Shown piece after piece: positions 14,307 through 39,465 of a stretch of 64,000 bases of DNA (the first letter of the stretch is position 1; each line of letters opens with the position of its first letter). The position numbers were made by a program, and so were the translations under genes. A model generated the notes under the pieces. It saw only the letters and a list, made by a program, of their open reading frames with translations, did not search any database and had not been told where the DNA came from. The DNA lies in the NCBI GenBank assembly GCA_002104945.1, contig MCFH01000013.1, positions 558,001 through 622,000 on the forward strand, read 5' to 3'. Source of the stretch: Piromyces finnis finn (taxonomy: Eukaryota; Fungi; Neocallimastigomycota).

Positions 14307-15526
14307 ATGAACAATTTCAAGTATTCAAGAATTAATCCTTTTAGAGGTTTTCTTTCTTTCTTTTTTTTTGTTATTTTTTTTGTTACTTTTCATACTATTT
14401 ATGTGCCATTTATTAACTGATAATATCTATTAAAGACATATCATTTAAACCTGCAAGGTATAAATCATTGTTTAATAATCTAAAAGTTGAAAATAAAAAA
14501 GAAAAAAGAGGGAATGAATCAAACAATGATAATTCATTATTTGAAATATGTTTAAAAAAATGTTCAAAATTAACTGACAGAATAGATTTCTATACAATAC
14601 CATATCATATAAAGGAAAAAATAATTTCAAGGGCTAAAGAATCTCAAGAAATTATCTCATTGGAAACAGTTCAACATTTAAGTTATGTATATGAAGAAGA
14701 AATACCAGAATTTCCTTATTATTTAAAACAATTAAGAATTTGGAATCGTATTTTAAGTTATGAACAATTTTGTAAGTAATATTTTAATTGGATTTAATAG
14801 TTTAAATGATGACAATGCTGCCAATAATAATATTAACAACAACCGCAATAATAATAATTAAATCAATTAATATTTATTATATTTTTTTAAAAAAATAATT
14901 ATAGTAGGATTGGGAAATCTTTCTCGGGTATTAACTCATTTAGATTTAAAATTGACTGATATAAATGATAATTCAATTGTTTTTTTAAATTGCTTAATAA
15001 ATCTAAAGTATCTTGATATAAGTTTAAATCCAAAATTGTCAGACTATGGAATAAGTAAAATGTTGGTACAATATTCTGATAATGATGAAAATGAAAAAGA
15101 AAAATATGAAAATATAAGTATGTGCTATGAAAATTTGGAAATGTTAAATTTATCTTATAATCCATTAATAACAGATAAATTTATGTTTAAATATTGTGAA
15201 CAATTTAAAAGTTTAAGAGTTTTAGAAGTGTCAAATACAAATATCTCTACATTAGGAATATCTTATTTTTTGAAACAACAGAAAAATAAGTGGGGATTAT
15301 TAGAATCTAATTACCCCCTTTTTGATGAATATAAGGACAAATCTCATTTAAATCCATTTATTGATTATTATAATAATTCGTATGATACATATCATAAAGA
15401 TAAAAATTATTTAAAAAACCCTTTACCAAACATGATATGTAAACCAGTTAAACCTATTGAAATTGATATAGAAAATTTAAAATTTTATCATTCAGAGAAA
15501 ATACTAGCTGAAAAGTCAGAAACAAC

Positions 15527-15579
<53 letters not shown>

Positions 15580-16004
15580 TTGAAGATATAAAAAGGAATG
15601 AACCAAAAAATGAGAATTTCCAAGAGTCAGAAATAGATGAAGAAATAGAAGAGGAGGAAGAAATAGAAGATGCACTTCTATATAATAGTGTATTTAGAAG
15701 AGAAGAGTGCTACATGGAAGATAGACCATTATTTAATTGGCATGAAAATAGAAAAATCATTAAACAAAACACATTGAATTATATTTGGAAATTATTTAGA
15801 AAAATCCCATTAAATGCAGGTGTAATAAGATTTAATAATAATAAAATAACAACAATTCAATTACAAAATATAAATCAAAATAAAAGAACTTTAAATTCTA
15901 TTTATGAAAATAAAAACAAAAATGAAAAAGTATCGTTTAAGAAACAAAAGAGTTCTACTTCTGATGGATTTGTAGATTTCGTAATAAATGATATTTTACA
16001 TTAG
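14307..16004 (+). CDS. RNI-type leucine-rich-repeat protein, LRRC42-like, with a possible N-terminal BC-box/VHL-box; 3 exons
   Basis: Exons at about 14307-14346, 14446-14771 and 14905-16004 splice in frame. LRRs: LTHLDLKLTDINDNS, LKYLDISLNPKLSDYGISKM, LEMLNLSYNPLITDK, LRVLEVSNTNISTLG. SLFEICLKKC..IPYHIKEKI resembles a BC-box plus cullin box. The LRRC42 resemblance is from recalled sequence. Confidence 0.7.
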
Positions 16005-16036
16005 AATAGTATCATCATTTTTAAATTTTAATCAAT

Positions 16037-16042
16037 TTAAAA

Positions 16043-16105
<63 letters not shown>

Positions 16106-16106
16106 A
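16037..16106. repeat. (TAAA)n microsatellite just 3' of the LRR gene
   Basis: Perfect taaa tetranucleotide run. Confidence 0.9.
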
Positions 16107-17126
16107 TATTAACTATCATTTTAATTATAATTTATATTAAAGTTTATTCTATATATAAAACTGATTGTAGTTTTTTAAATTTCTAATTTATATTTATATT
16201 GACTAGTAAATTAACCATAATAAATAATAATGATATTTGATATTTGATAATATTTCTTTTTCTATTTTATAATTATTTCAATTATTTTATTATAGTTTAA
16301 ACGTCATGCCTTATTATAAGTATCTTTCCATATACATAATCCTTTTTATTAATTTAGTTTAAAATATAAAACTAATTAAAATTTTTTATGTTTAGTATTT
16401 TTTGTGTTGCACAATTTTTAACATTTTAGAATTAAATTAATATTTTAAAAAAGTTTTTAAGAAAAGTAAAGTTAATTAAAATAAAGTCAATGAAATTAGT
16501 TTTGTCTTTTTTTTTTTGTTATTTCTACATAATTTACATATTTATTATTATTATTTCTTGTATTTTATTTTTATTATATTTTTAAAATAAAATAAAGCTA
16601 ATTCTTTCAAAAAAATATACCTAATGTTGTGATCTTGAAAATTGTTTATAAAAGATATGATACATTAAAGAAATAGTATAATAGAGAAGTGAAAAGTTGT
16701 GATATGTGCAATTTAAACTTAAAAAAAAGTGTTATCGAATTAATTTAATATATTATTTATATCATTTATATTATCGCTTTTTAAAATGTTCTTTTTTTTT
16801 ATTTTTTAAAAATTAATAAATTTTATTTTTTTAAATTAATTAATTAAAAATTTAATTTTAATTGTTTTTTTTATTTTTTTTTTATTTTTTATTTTTATTG
16901 TTTAAATAATTACTTTTTAATATTTTTTATTTTTTTTTTTTTTATTTTTTTTATGTATTCCAATAATAGTTTATAATTATAATAATTTTTTTTTTGTAAA
17001 AAAAATATATAATTAATTTAAAGGTATTTTTTATATGCATTTTTAATTTATAAATATGTATTTGAATTTATTAATATGATTAACATTTAAAAATTATATA
17101 TAGATATATTATTTAAATTAAAAGGA

Positions 17127-18950
17127 ATGGCAAAAAAGGCTTTAAAGAGAAAAAATTCTGAAGTTGAAGAACTTCCAGAAGAAGTAAAAGAAACATTAAA
17201 AAATAAAGAAAAAGATAAAAATTCTGAAGAAAGAAAAAAATTATCTAAAAAGAAGTCAAATGTCACTATGAAGGAAAAACCAGAGAAAGAAAAAGTAGTA
17301 AAGGAAGAAAATGCTAAAAAAACAGAATCTCCAAATAAAAAAAAAAAGGCATCAAGGAAGTTGAGGAAAAAAAAAAGAATGAGAAATTAACAAAAAAAAG
17401 TAAAAAAGAAGAAGAAGAAATAGAAAAAAAGGAAGATGTAAAGAATAAGGAATCAAAGGAAGAAGATAATGAAAGTGAAAATGTAAAGGATGAAGAAAGG
17501 GAAGAAGAATCTAAAAATGATAAACATAAAAAGATTAGGGATATTAAAAATAAGAAAGAGAAAGAAAAGACTGATAATAATAAAAAAAGTAAAGATGTTA
17601 AAATTAAGAAAGAAAAAGAAGAAACTGATAATAATAAAAAGAATAAAGATGTTAAAAATAAAAAGGAAGAAGAAGAAGGAGAAGAAGAAGAAGAAGAAGA
17701 AGAAGAAGCTGATAATAATAAAAAGAGTAAAGATGCTAAAAATATGAAGGGAGAAAAAGAAGAAGCTGAAAATAATAAAAAGAACAAGGAAATTAAAAAT
17801 AAGAGGGAGAAAGAAGAAACTAAAAAGAATAGAGATGTTAAAAATAAGAAGAAGGAAGAAGAGAAACATGAAGAAGAATCAGAAGAATCAGAAGATGAAG
17901 AATTAGATGAAAAGGAAGAAAAAAGTAATGAAAAAGAAGAGAATGATAAAAAAATAAAAAACAGTAATAAGAAAATGGAAGAAAATAAAGAAGTAGATGA
18001 AGAAGGAGAATCTGAAGAATCTGAAGAGGAGGAGGAATCTGAAGAAGAAGAATCTGATGATGATGAGGAAGAAGAATCTGAAGAGGAATCTGAAGAAGGA
18101 TCTGAAGAAGGATCTGAAGAAGATGATAAAGATGATAAAGATGATTCTGATAGTTCTGAAGTAACTGAGGAATCTGAAAAGGAGAAAGAAGAACATAAAA
18201 AAGGCAAAACAGAAAAAAATAAAAGTGAAGAAGCAGAACCTGAAGAAGAAAAAATAAAGTCAGTAGGAACTTCAAAGAAAGATGGTAAAATGAGAATAGG
18301 TATATTTTATATGAGTACAAATGGTAAAACCAAGCAAATTGCGAATTATATTAAGAAAGGAATTATGAAGAAATATAATATTAAAGTAGATACAATCCTT
18401 ATTGAAGAAAATATCAAATATGATGTTAAAAAGTATCAAGTATGTTATATAAAATTATGTAATTATTAAAATATAATTGTTCTAATTATAAAAATATATA
18501 TTCAAGGGTATAATAATTGGTGGTCCTGTATACTATGGTGGATATTCAAGACATTTAACATCATTTATTGAGGCCAATGCTGAATACTTAAATAGTATAT
18601 TTACAGCTTTCTTTTCAGTTTCCTGTTATTCTGTTTCAATTGCATCACCATTTGAATATGATCCATTTATTAAAAATTATTTAAAATCAACCCTTTCTAA
18701 TGTATATAAACCACGTATAACCGCTAGTTTTGGTGGTGATTTAGCATATTCAAAATATTCACCATCAATTAAATGGGTTGCTAAAACATCAGCTTCTCAA
18801 ATAAAACAATATGTTAAAGATATTGATATTACTGACACTACTAAAGACCACTCTTTAACAAATTGGAAATGGGTAAATGATTTTGCTAATAAATTTGCTT
18901 CTGAAGCTATACCAAAGAAACTTTTATTAAAGGCTAGATCAAAACTTTAA
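17127..18950 (+). CDS. hemG: Lys/Glu-rich low-complexity protein fused to a C-terminal HemG-type long-chain flavodoxin (menaquinone-dependent protoporphyrinogen oxidase family, Flavodoxin_5). One intron (18440-18506) and an apparent 1-nt frameshift in the A11 tract at 17337-17347
   Basis: Domain from ATG 18290: MRIGIFYMSTNGKTKQIANYIKKG..KYQ|GIIIGGPVYYGGYSRHLTSFIEANAEYLNSIFTAFFSVS..FGGDLAYSKYS..TDTTKDHSLTNWKWVNDFANKF. It aligns motif by motif with recalled E. coli HemG (STRDGQT, VVIGASIRYGHY, AFYSVN, IAGALRYPRY, TDTRKEVVYTDWEQVANFA). The intron has a GTATGT donor and a TTCAAG acceptor and is in frame. Confidence 0.85.
17535..17870 (+). repeat. About six degenerate 17-18 aa coding tandem repeats, consensus KDVKNKKEKEETDNNKK(S/N), in the N-terminal extension of the HemG fusion
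   Basis: Recurrent units such as agt aaa gat gtt aaa att aag aaa gaa aaa gaa gaa act gat aat aat aaa aag; one unit carries a poly-Glu expansion. Confidence 0.75.
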
Positions 18951-19394
18951 GTAAATATTATTAACATTGAAACATTTTTTATTTTTTTCTTAAAAGTTTT
19001 ATTAGCAGAGAAATCTATTATGTATTTTAAAAAGGAAAATTTTTAAAGTATATATTTACTTTTTTTATATAAAGAGTATTATAAAATCATTTATAAAAAT
19101 ATATAACAACACCAATAATATAATAAAAAATTAAAAGAAAAAATCTTTATTTTTAATTATTTTCAAATATGTTTTATTTATAATAATTAAGTTATATTAA
19201 TTATTTAAGTAAATTTAATATATATATATATAACTTTTATCTTTCTACTTTTTTTTTTTTTTTTTTTTACTTTTAATATTTAATAAATATATTAGCAAGG
19301 AATAAAACAATTTGATATTTGATAGATCATTTTTTTTTTAAAATTTGTTTAGTTTTGGATTCATATATTTATCTTTTTATTATTATATATATAT

Positions 19395-22300
19395 TTATTT
19401 AATTTCATTGTCATTATTTTTGTTAGTTGAGATATTTTCATTAGAATTACTCATAAGCATTTTTTCTAATGCAAGTCTAATATCAGCAGTTTTTTCATCA
19501 TCATATATATATTCTTCCATGTTAGTAATTAACGGGCTTTCATTAGTAGAAGATATATAAGAATTTGGCGATTCTAATGGAAGAGCAGAGTTATTTTCTT
19601 GACTCAATACAGCTTTAATTACATAATCAAAGTCTTGTTGATTACTGTTAGAACAACATGAGTAATTTCTTTTGGTGATTGTATCATCAACTTGTTCTGT
19701 CTTTGTTCTTATTCTTGTAACATTCTTAGATTTTTTTGAATCATAATTTGATACTTTTGTATCTTGTGATTTAGATCTATTAAATAGTGACCATGTATTA
19801 CGTTTAATAGTATTACTATATGCGGAAGAAACTGTTGGACTTTGAACTTTAGATCTATATGATTTTATTGAGTCTGGTGAATTCATGGTACTGGAAGATA
19901 AAATATCATTAGAACTAGAGAACTGTTTTGACAATATTCTTAATTTATTACTAGTTGTAGAAATGGCATCACTATCATCTTTATTAATTTTATTGTTAGA
20001 ATATGGCTTGAAATCATAATGAACATTAGCAAAGAATAATTGATTACAGAAATAGGTTCTTACGGCTTCTACTTCTTGAAGCCATACGTTTTTATCATAT
20101 CTTGAAATTGATTCAAATTCATATTTATCATGATGGAAATGAACAACTTCAATTATATTTTTAGATTCTTTTGCATATAATAGTATTAATAATGAAATCA
20201 TTAATAATGTTTTAATTGAAAATAAAAAAATATTAAAATTCGCTATATATTATTAATTTTATTTTAATACCTTCTGTATCTAGTTTATCTAAGAACAATA
20301 TATTCTCAAGAGGAATTGGTTGTCTATATAGTATATATTGTTCTTTATCTTTTTTACATTTTAAAAATAATACCATATCAGTAAATACTAATATAGTAAT
20401 ATCTACAGTATGAGTTCCTTTTTTATTATAAATAAATTGCTTTTCCGATATTAATTCCCTTCTATCATTATCTATGGCAAATTTCTAAAATATTTTTTTA
20501 TATGTATGAATATAAAATATTAATAGTTTAATTAATTTGAGATATTGAAAATCTTTAAATATATCAAATAAAATTATTATTACAGGGAATATATTATTCC
20601 ATTCTAATGAACTTTCAATAACTCCAATTCTATATTTTGCTTCAGATTTTCTAACCATTTCATTAATAGTAGAAATCTTATTTTCAATTGAAAATATTAA
20701 AGTTTCAATCATAGAATATTGTAATTGTTGTTTATCAATGTTTTCTAGTAAACGTTTAAACAATAAAGGATATCTTGTGATTCTATGCATTGGTCTTTGT
20801 AGATATTATATTAAAAAATATCAGTATTATAGTATTATTAAAAATGTTATTTTTTTTAATATTATGATTATATAAAATTTCATACTTAATCAAAAGGTCT
20901 TTTAATGTTAATTTATCAAGGTTTTCATTTTCTTGACATTCATTAATTTTTTTCTCAATATTAGAGTTTTGCAATAATTTCTCTAAATGTCTTGTTGCAT
21001 TTGCTTGATTAGCACAATAAATGTAGTATTCATCAAAATCAGATATCTATATAGTTATGTAGTTGTTAGTTGATGTAATTTTATAAAATAAATATTAATA
21101 TTTATTTATACCTTTGTTCTGTAAGCATTAATAACTTGGGCACACAATGTAGTTATTTCTAAGTCATCTTTCTTTTTTATTTCTTCAATGTCTTCATTCT
21201 ATTTTATTATTTAATTATTATTTAATTAATATGTAATGATTTATATTTTCATTATAATTTAAATATATAATAATAAGTGTATATATATTATAGTTTATTA
21301 TGTTTTTTTTTGAAAACTAACAAGTTCAGCATGAATATCTAAGATATCCTCAATATTACTAAAAATAATATCTATATCATTGCTAGTTAAAAATTTTGAT
21401 TGGGCTAATGGTTCTTTGAAATACTATTAATATTGATTAATTAAAAATTTTCAATATTATTAAATATTAATTATACTTTTTTAAAATAATTGATAAAATA
21501 ATTATTATATAATATATATATTATAATATTACTTTAACAATCATATTTAAACATTTTAAATAGTAACACTCCAAGTTGCAAATTTCTTCTAAAATTTCTT
21601 TTTGTTTTAAATCGTTTTTATTTTCAACTTGCTTTTTCTATAATGGAAATATAAAAATGAAATTATTTAATTAATATTTATAATATTACGGTATATATAT
21701 AATTAAAATTTCATTATCTTACAGAGTCTTTTAATTTAACATGAATATCTTTTAGTTTTAGATTAAATAAAGTTTCTTGGAAATTTATTTTATGCTTCAA
21801 TATTGGTTCTTTTGTATTTTCAATTTCTATTTTATATATTATAATATATTTTATTATTAATTAATATATAATATAATTGATATATTAGGATAAGTAAATA
21901 TAGAAATTATTTAAAAACTTAAATACTTTTTTCTTCTTTATCTATTGTATATGTTAATTCATAATCTTTATATGTTCCATCCAATATGAATTTTTCGATT
22001 GCATTAATTATTAGCATTTCAGTAGTTGTTTCATTTGTTGCGTAAAATGATTTTGTTAAGTCTGTACAATCTGTAATATTCTTACAACAAATTTTAATGA
22101 CTTCACCTTCACTAATATCTTCTTTCTATTTATTTGAAGAAACATTTATAATCTTAATTATATTTATTTATTTTTTAATTTTAAAAATATCTATAATATA
22201 TTAAAGGGATGTAAATTACATTAGATGAATCCATATTTCCCGTTTCATTTTTCTTTAATTTTGATTCTTCAAGTAATTTTGTAAGACATAATCTATATCT

Positions 22301-25047
22301 AGTCATTTCATGTTTTAATGAATCTAATTTTTTTTGTGATTTTTCAATTTGACCAAAAATTTCTGTTGGTTGTACATTTTTATGACTTTTAGAAGATCTC
22401 ATAAATGATGGTAATGGTGAATTTCTTGCTTTTGTTAATTTTTCAAGACCATCTCTAATCTTTAATTCAATATCGAGTTCATGTTGAATTGCTTTCATTT
22501 TCATTTGAATTCTATTTATATTTTGTGATTTTAATGCCTAAAGTAATTGAACAATATAATATTAGTTGTGTAACTAAATTAAATTTTAATAAAATAATTT
22601 ACATAATAATAAAATAATAACTTACATCTTCACCATATTCATCCATTAATACTGAAGATGTATGTTCTAAACAATTAACTTTGATAAGATTTCTACAATA
22701 TTTATGACAGGACATATTACAAACTAAACATTTGCCATATATTATATATGAAATAACAATTATTAAATTGAAAAACAATTTATAATGAATATTTATTATT
22801 ACCTTCGCATTTATAGGCCAGTGAATCATCATTTTTATCTATTTTTTCAAAAAGTAATTTTTTATAGCAATATTCGCAAAAGACACAATCTTTTTCAGTA
22901 TTTTGAACAAAAGTATGTCCAAATTTTAGTTGATCTACAAGATTATTTATATTAGCAGTCTATATTGATTTATTTAATATATTGTTAGTTTAATGATTAA
23001 TTATAAACAATTATTAATAAATAATTATTGAAAAACTCATTTTTTAATTAAAATATATTCATAAATAACATACAATTGATTTTCTAAAACTTTGCTCTTT
23101 TAATAATGGTGACATAATTGATTTTTCTTCTGGTAATCCATCAGTTTTTAATTTTTTAAGCCTTTGATTTTTATTATTGTCCCCATTAATTGATGTTTGA
23201 CTTATAGATGATGTAGTTTGATTTTGACTACTGAAACTTACTTTATCATTAATACTTTCAATACTCATTTTTACAGAATCTATCATTATCATTTATAATG
23301 TTATTTTATTTAGAAATTTAAATTATTAATAAAAATATGATATAAAATTTTATGTACTTTTTTTATCCATTTTTGCAAGGTTAGGTTTAACTTCTGATAT
23401 TAATTTTGAATTAAGAATATCACAAAAATTAATTTCAAAGCAATTTATATAACTCTCAACCTTTTCTACTATTTCTACTGAATCAAAAAAATCTATAGGA
23501 AGATCAAGTATTCTTTCGATTGCTCTTTGAAATTGACTTTAATAATAAAATAAATAAAAGTTATTCATATATCTAACAATTATTTATATATGTGTACGAG
23601 CAATTAATACTTACCTTGTTGTAATATTCATTGATCCCTCTATATATGGAATTAATTAGCATAAATTAATTTATTATTTTTTATTAGTATTTATGGTTTT
23701 ATCGTTCTTATTATTTCAATATTAATAATTCAAATATTATTTAACTTTAAAACTTTTATATTTACTTATGTCATTCTTTAATTCTTTATAGAATATACTT
23801 TTTTCAAATGATTCACCAGTTTCATCAATTCTTGAGTCATCAATATCAATTCTTGGGTATACAGATCTATCTACATATTCTGTTAACTCACCATAAAAAG
23901 CTTTTTCTAGAATAATCATAGACAAATATATAAATCTATCAAAAATTTGTGGATCAGGACAATCTAATTCTCTATATACAAAATAGTTTAAGTCTTCTAA
24001 ACAAGAACTATATATATCTTCAACAAATCTCCATTCAATATAATTTGGTGAAGATGGTACAAAATAACAATTATATATTTTTGTTGCTTGATTTTTTCTA
24101 CCACTTGTATTATATAAATAATAATTTGTTCTGAATTCTTCAGCTTCAGATCTAAAGAGCTTTTTATATAAATAATATATAAATAATTATAATATATTTT
24201 ATTACATATATTATTTATTAATAAAAATTATGAATTGTAAATATTTTATATTATATATTATAAATATTAATGTTTTTTTAAAAATAAAATTATTGACAGT
24301 ATATAGAGGTTTTATATTATAAATGTTATATTATTATTTAATTATCGATAAAAATATATTTACATATATTAATGAAAGTGTATTTCCTTTAGAAAGAAGG
24401 TACATGAAAAAATACAATCTTGTTAAAGGATGATTCCAAATATCTGGCATGTACAAAGATGAATTACTTAATTCATTTCTAGTTGAATTTAGTGCTAAAA
24501 ATGATAAATTTGATGAACATACTGATGGTTCATCCTGGAATGTATTAATTGAACGAACACTATCTAATAAATTCAATGAACTTCCAACTCCTTGTTTTTG
24601 TGGAGTTTTTGCAGATTTTAATACCTTTGATAATGAAGAATATTCATCAATTACCGAGTTAATTGAATAGGAAGATTTTGATCGACATAAACTATTATTT
24701 GTTTTTTTTTGAATTGGTTCTGAATCATCTTCATCTTTTAAACTTACAAAATAACTTCCTTCAATTTCATTATTACTATCTCTAAGATTGTTATTGCTTT
24801 CATCACAATTTCCTTGATCAATAATACTTTCACTATCACTATTTCTACATAAACTAGTTTCTGATATTATTTTAGATTTTAAAGATATACTATTTATTTC
24901 CCCATTATATGAACATATTGATAATTTTGATCTTGGTGTATAACTATTACTAGTTATTTCATTATCATTACTTCTAATTTTTCCAATACTTCCATGTATT
25001 GAGTTGACATAAATGTCGGATGAACTTTTATTAATACTACTTGCCAT
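19395..25047 (-). CDS. Multidomain Rho guanine-nucleotide exchange factor: RGS-like, C1, HR1, RA-like, DH, PH
   Basis: RGS-like: IWNHPLTRLYFFMYLL..LFRSEAEEFR..QATKIYNCYFVPSSPNY..CPDPQIFD..YPRI. C1: HTFVQNTEKDCVFCEYC..YKCE|VCNMSCHKYCRNLIKVNC. HR1: IQHELDIELKIRDGLEKL..EKSQKKLDSLKHEM. RA-like: VIKICCKN..TKSFYATNETTTEMLIINAIEKFILDGTYKDYEL. DH: QKEILEEICNLECYYLKCL..FSNIEDILDIH..MHRITRYPLLFKRLL. PH ends YEFESISRYDKNVWLQEV. The start codon is less certain. Confidence 0.85.
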
Positions 25048-25679
25048 TGATTTGTAAACTATATAATTGACATCAACATTAATTAAGCGATTCTGAATAA
25101 TGTATTTATTTAAAATTAATAATTAATACTAATTGATATTGATATATATTATTTTAAATAGGAAAAAAAATATCTATTAAATTACTAAATGAAAGAATTA
25201 ATAAAAATTTAATTAGGACTCTTAAAAAAAAAAAAAAACATAAAAATTAAATAAAAATAAAAAAAAGTAAAAATAAAATAAAAAAAAAAAAAAAAAAAAA
25301 AACTAATATAAATATACATATTATAAACTTTTTTTCTTATCGTTTTAAAAGTTACATTATTTAAGTTTATAATATAGAACAAAGTTCATTATTAAATATT
25401 AATAATAATTTACTTTTTTATTTTTTATTTTTATCCTTTAATTATTATCATTTTATCATTTAATATTTAAACTTTAATGAATAAAATGTTGCTTCATTTA
25501 AGAAAAAATATTGTTCTAGTATTCATTAATTAATTAATAATACATCATAATTTTTTATAAAAAATAAATGTATAATTTTATTTTTAATAAAGTTTTTAAA
25601 ATGCTATATATAGTAATACAAAAAATCCAAAATTGAATGATACATTTTATTTATTATATAGAAATAAATTTTATCAATT

Positions 25680-25686
25680 ATTATTA

Positions 25687-25765
<79 letters not shown>

Positions 25766-25782
25766 CATTATTATTATTATTT
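25680..25782. repeat. (TTA)n microsatellite, intergenic between RhoGEF and the giant coiled-coil gene
   Basis: Long ttattatta run; source of the spurious poly-Leu and poly-Tyr ORFs in the track. Confidence 0.9.
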
Positions 25783-26123
25783 CTTTTTATTTTTAACCTT
25801 ATTATTACTGTCTTTTTCTTTAAATATAAAAATTATCATTTTTATCAAGTTTTAATTTTTTTTTTTTTTTATTTTTTTATTTATAAATTATTCTTATTAG
25901 TGTAAATGGATATATAAATTGAAAAAAAAAAAAAAAAGAGATAAAAAATCAAAGATCAAAAAAAATAAATTAATAAAATATAAAACTATGAAAATGTTTA
26001 TGAAATGTGTTTTTAAATGGGTATATACAAATTTAGAATTTATCTGATATAAAAACTTATTTAACTATTAATAAAACGAAAATAAATAAAGAATGTATAA
26101 ATATATTATTTATATTAAATAAA

Positions 26124-39123
<13,000 letters not shown>

Positions 39124-39465
39124 TTTAATGTTTATATTATTTCTAGTTTTGACTTTTTTTTTTTATGAAAAATATATTAAAATATTTGTTACTTTTTTAA
39201 AAAATTACAAAAATGTTAAAATATTAATTTTATTAATTAATAACTATAATTTTCTATATATATATTTTTATTTTTTTAAAAAAAATATATATATAGAAAA
39301 TTAAATAAAATATTTTCATTTAAATTATAAAGTTTTTTCTTATTAAAAAAAAGAAAAAAAAAAAAAAATTAGAAAATAAAAGGATTATATTATAAATCTT
39401 TATATTTATTTTAATGATATTCTTTATATATTAAAATAATACATTTAAACAATATCAATTTAAAA

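Noticed and set aside
17314-18320. Several long minus-strand and alternative-frame ORFs rich in Phe/Ser/Leu
   Set aside because: They are antisense or frame shadows of the purine-rich Lys/Glu coding strand, which rarely produces stops on the reverse strand.
17127-18950. Bacterial contamination as the source of hemG
   Set aside because: The domain contains a canonical in-frame spliceosomal intron, has host-like AT-rich codons and is contiguous with intron-rich fungal genes.
25633-25905. Poly-Leu and poly-Tyr ORFs
   Set aside because: Translation of an intergenic (TTA)n microsatellite.
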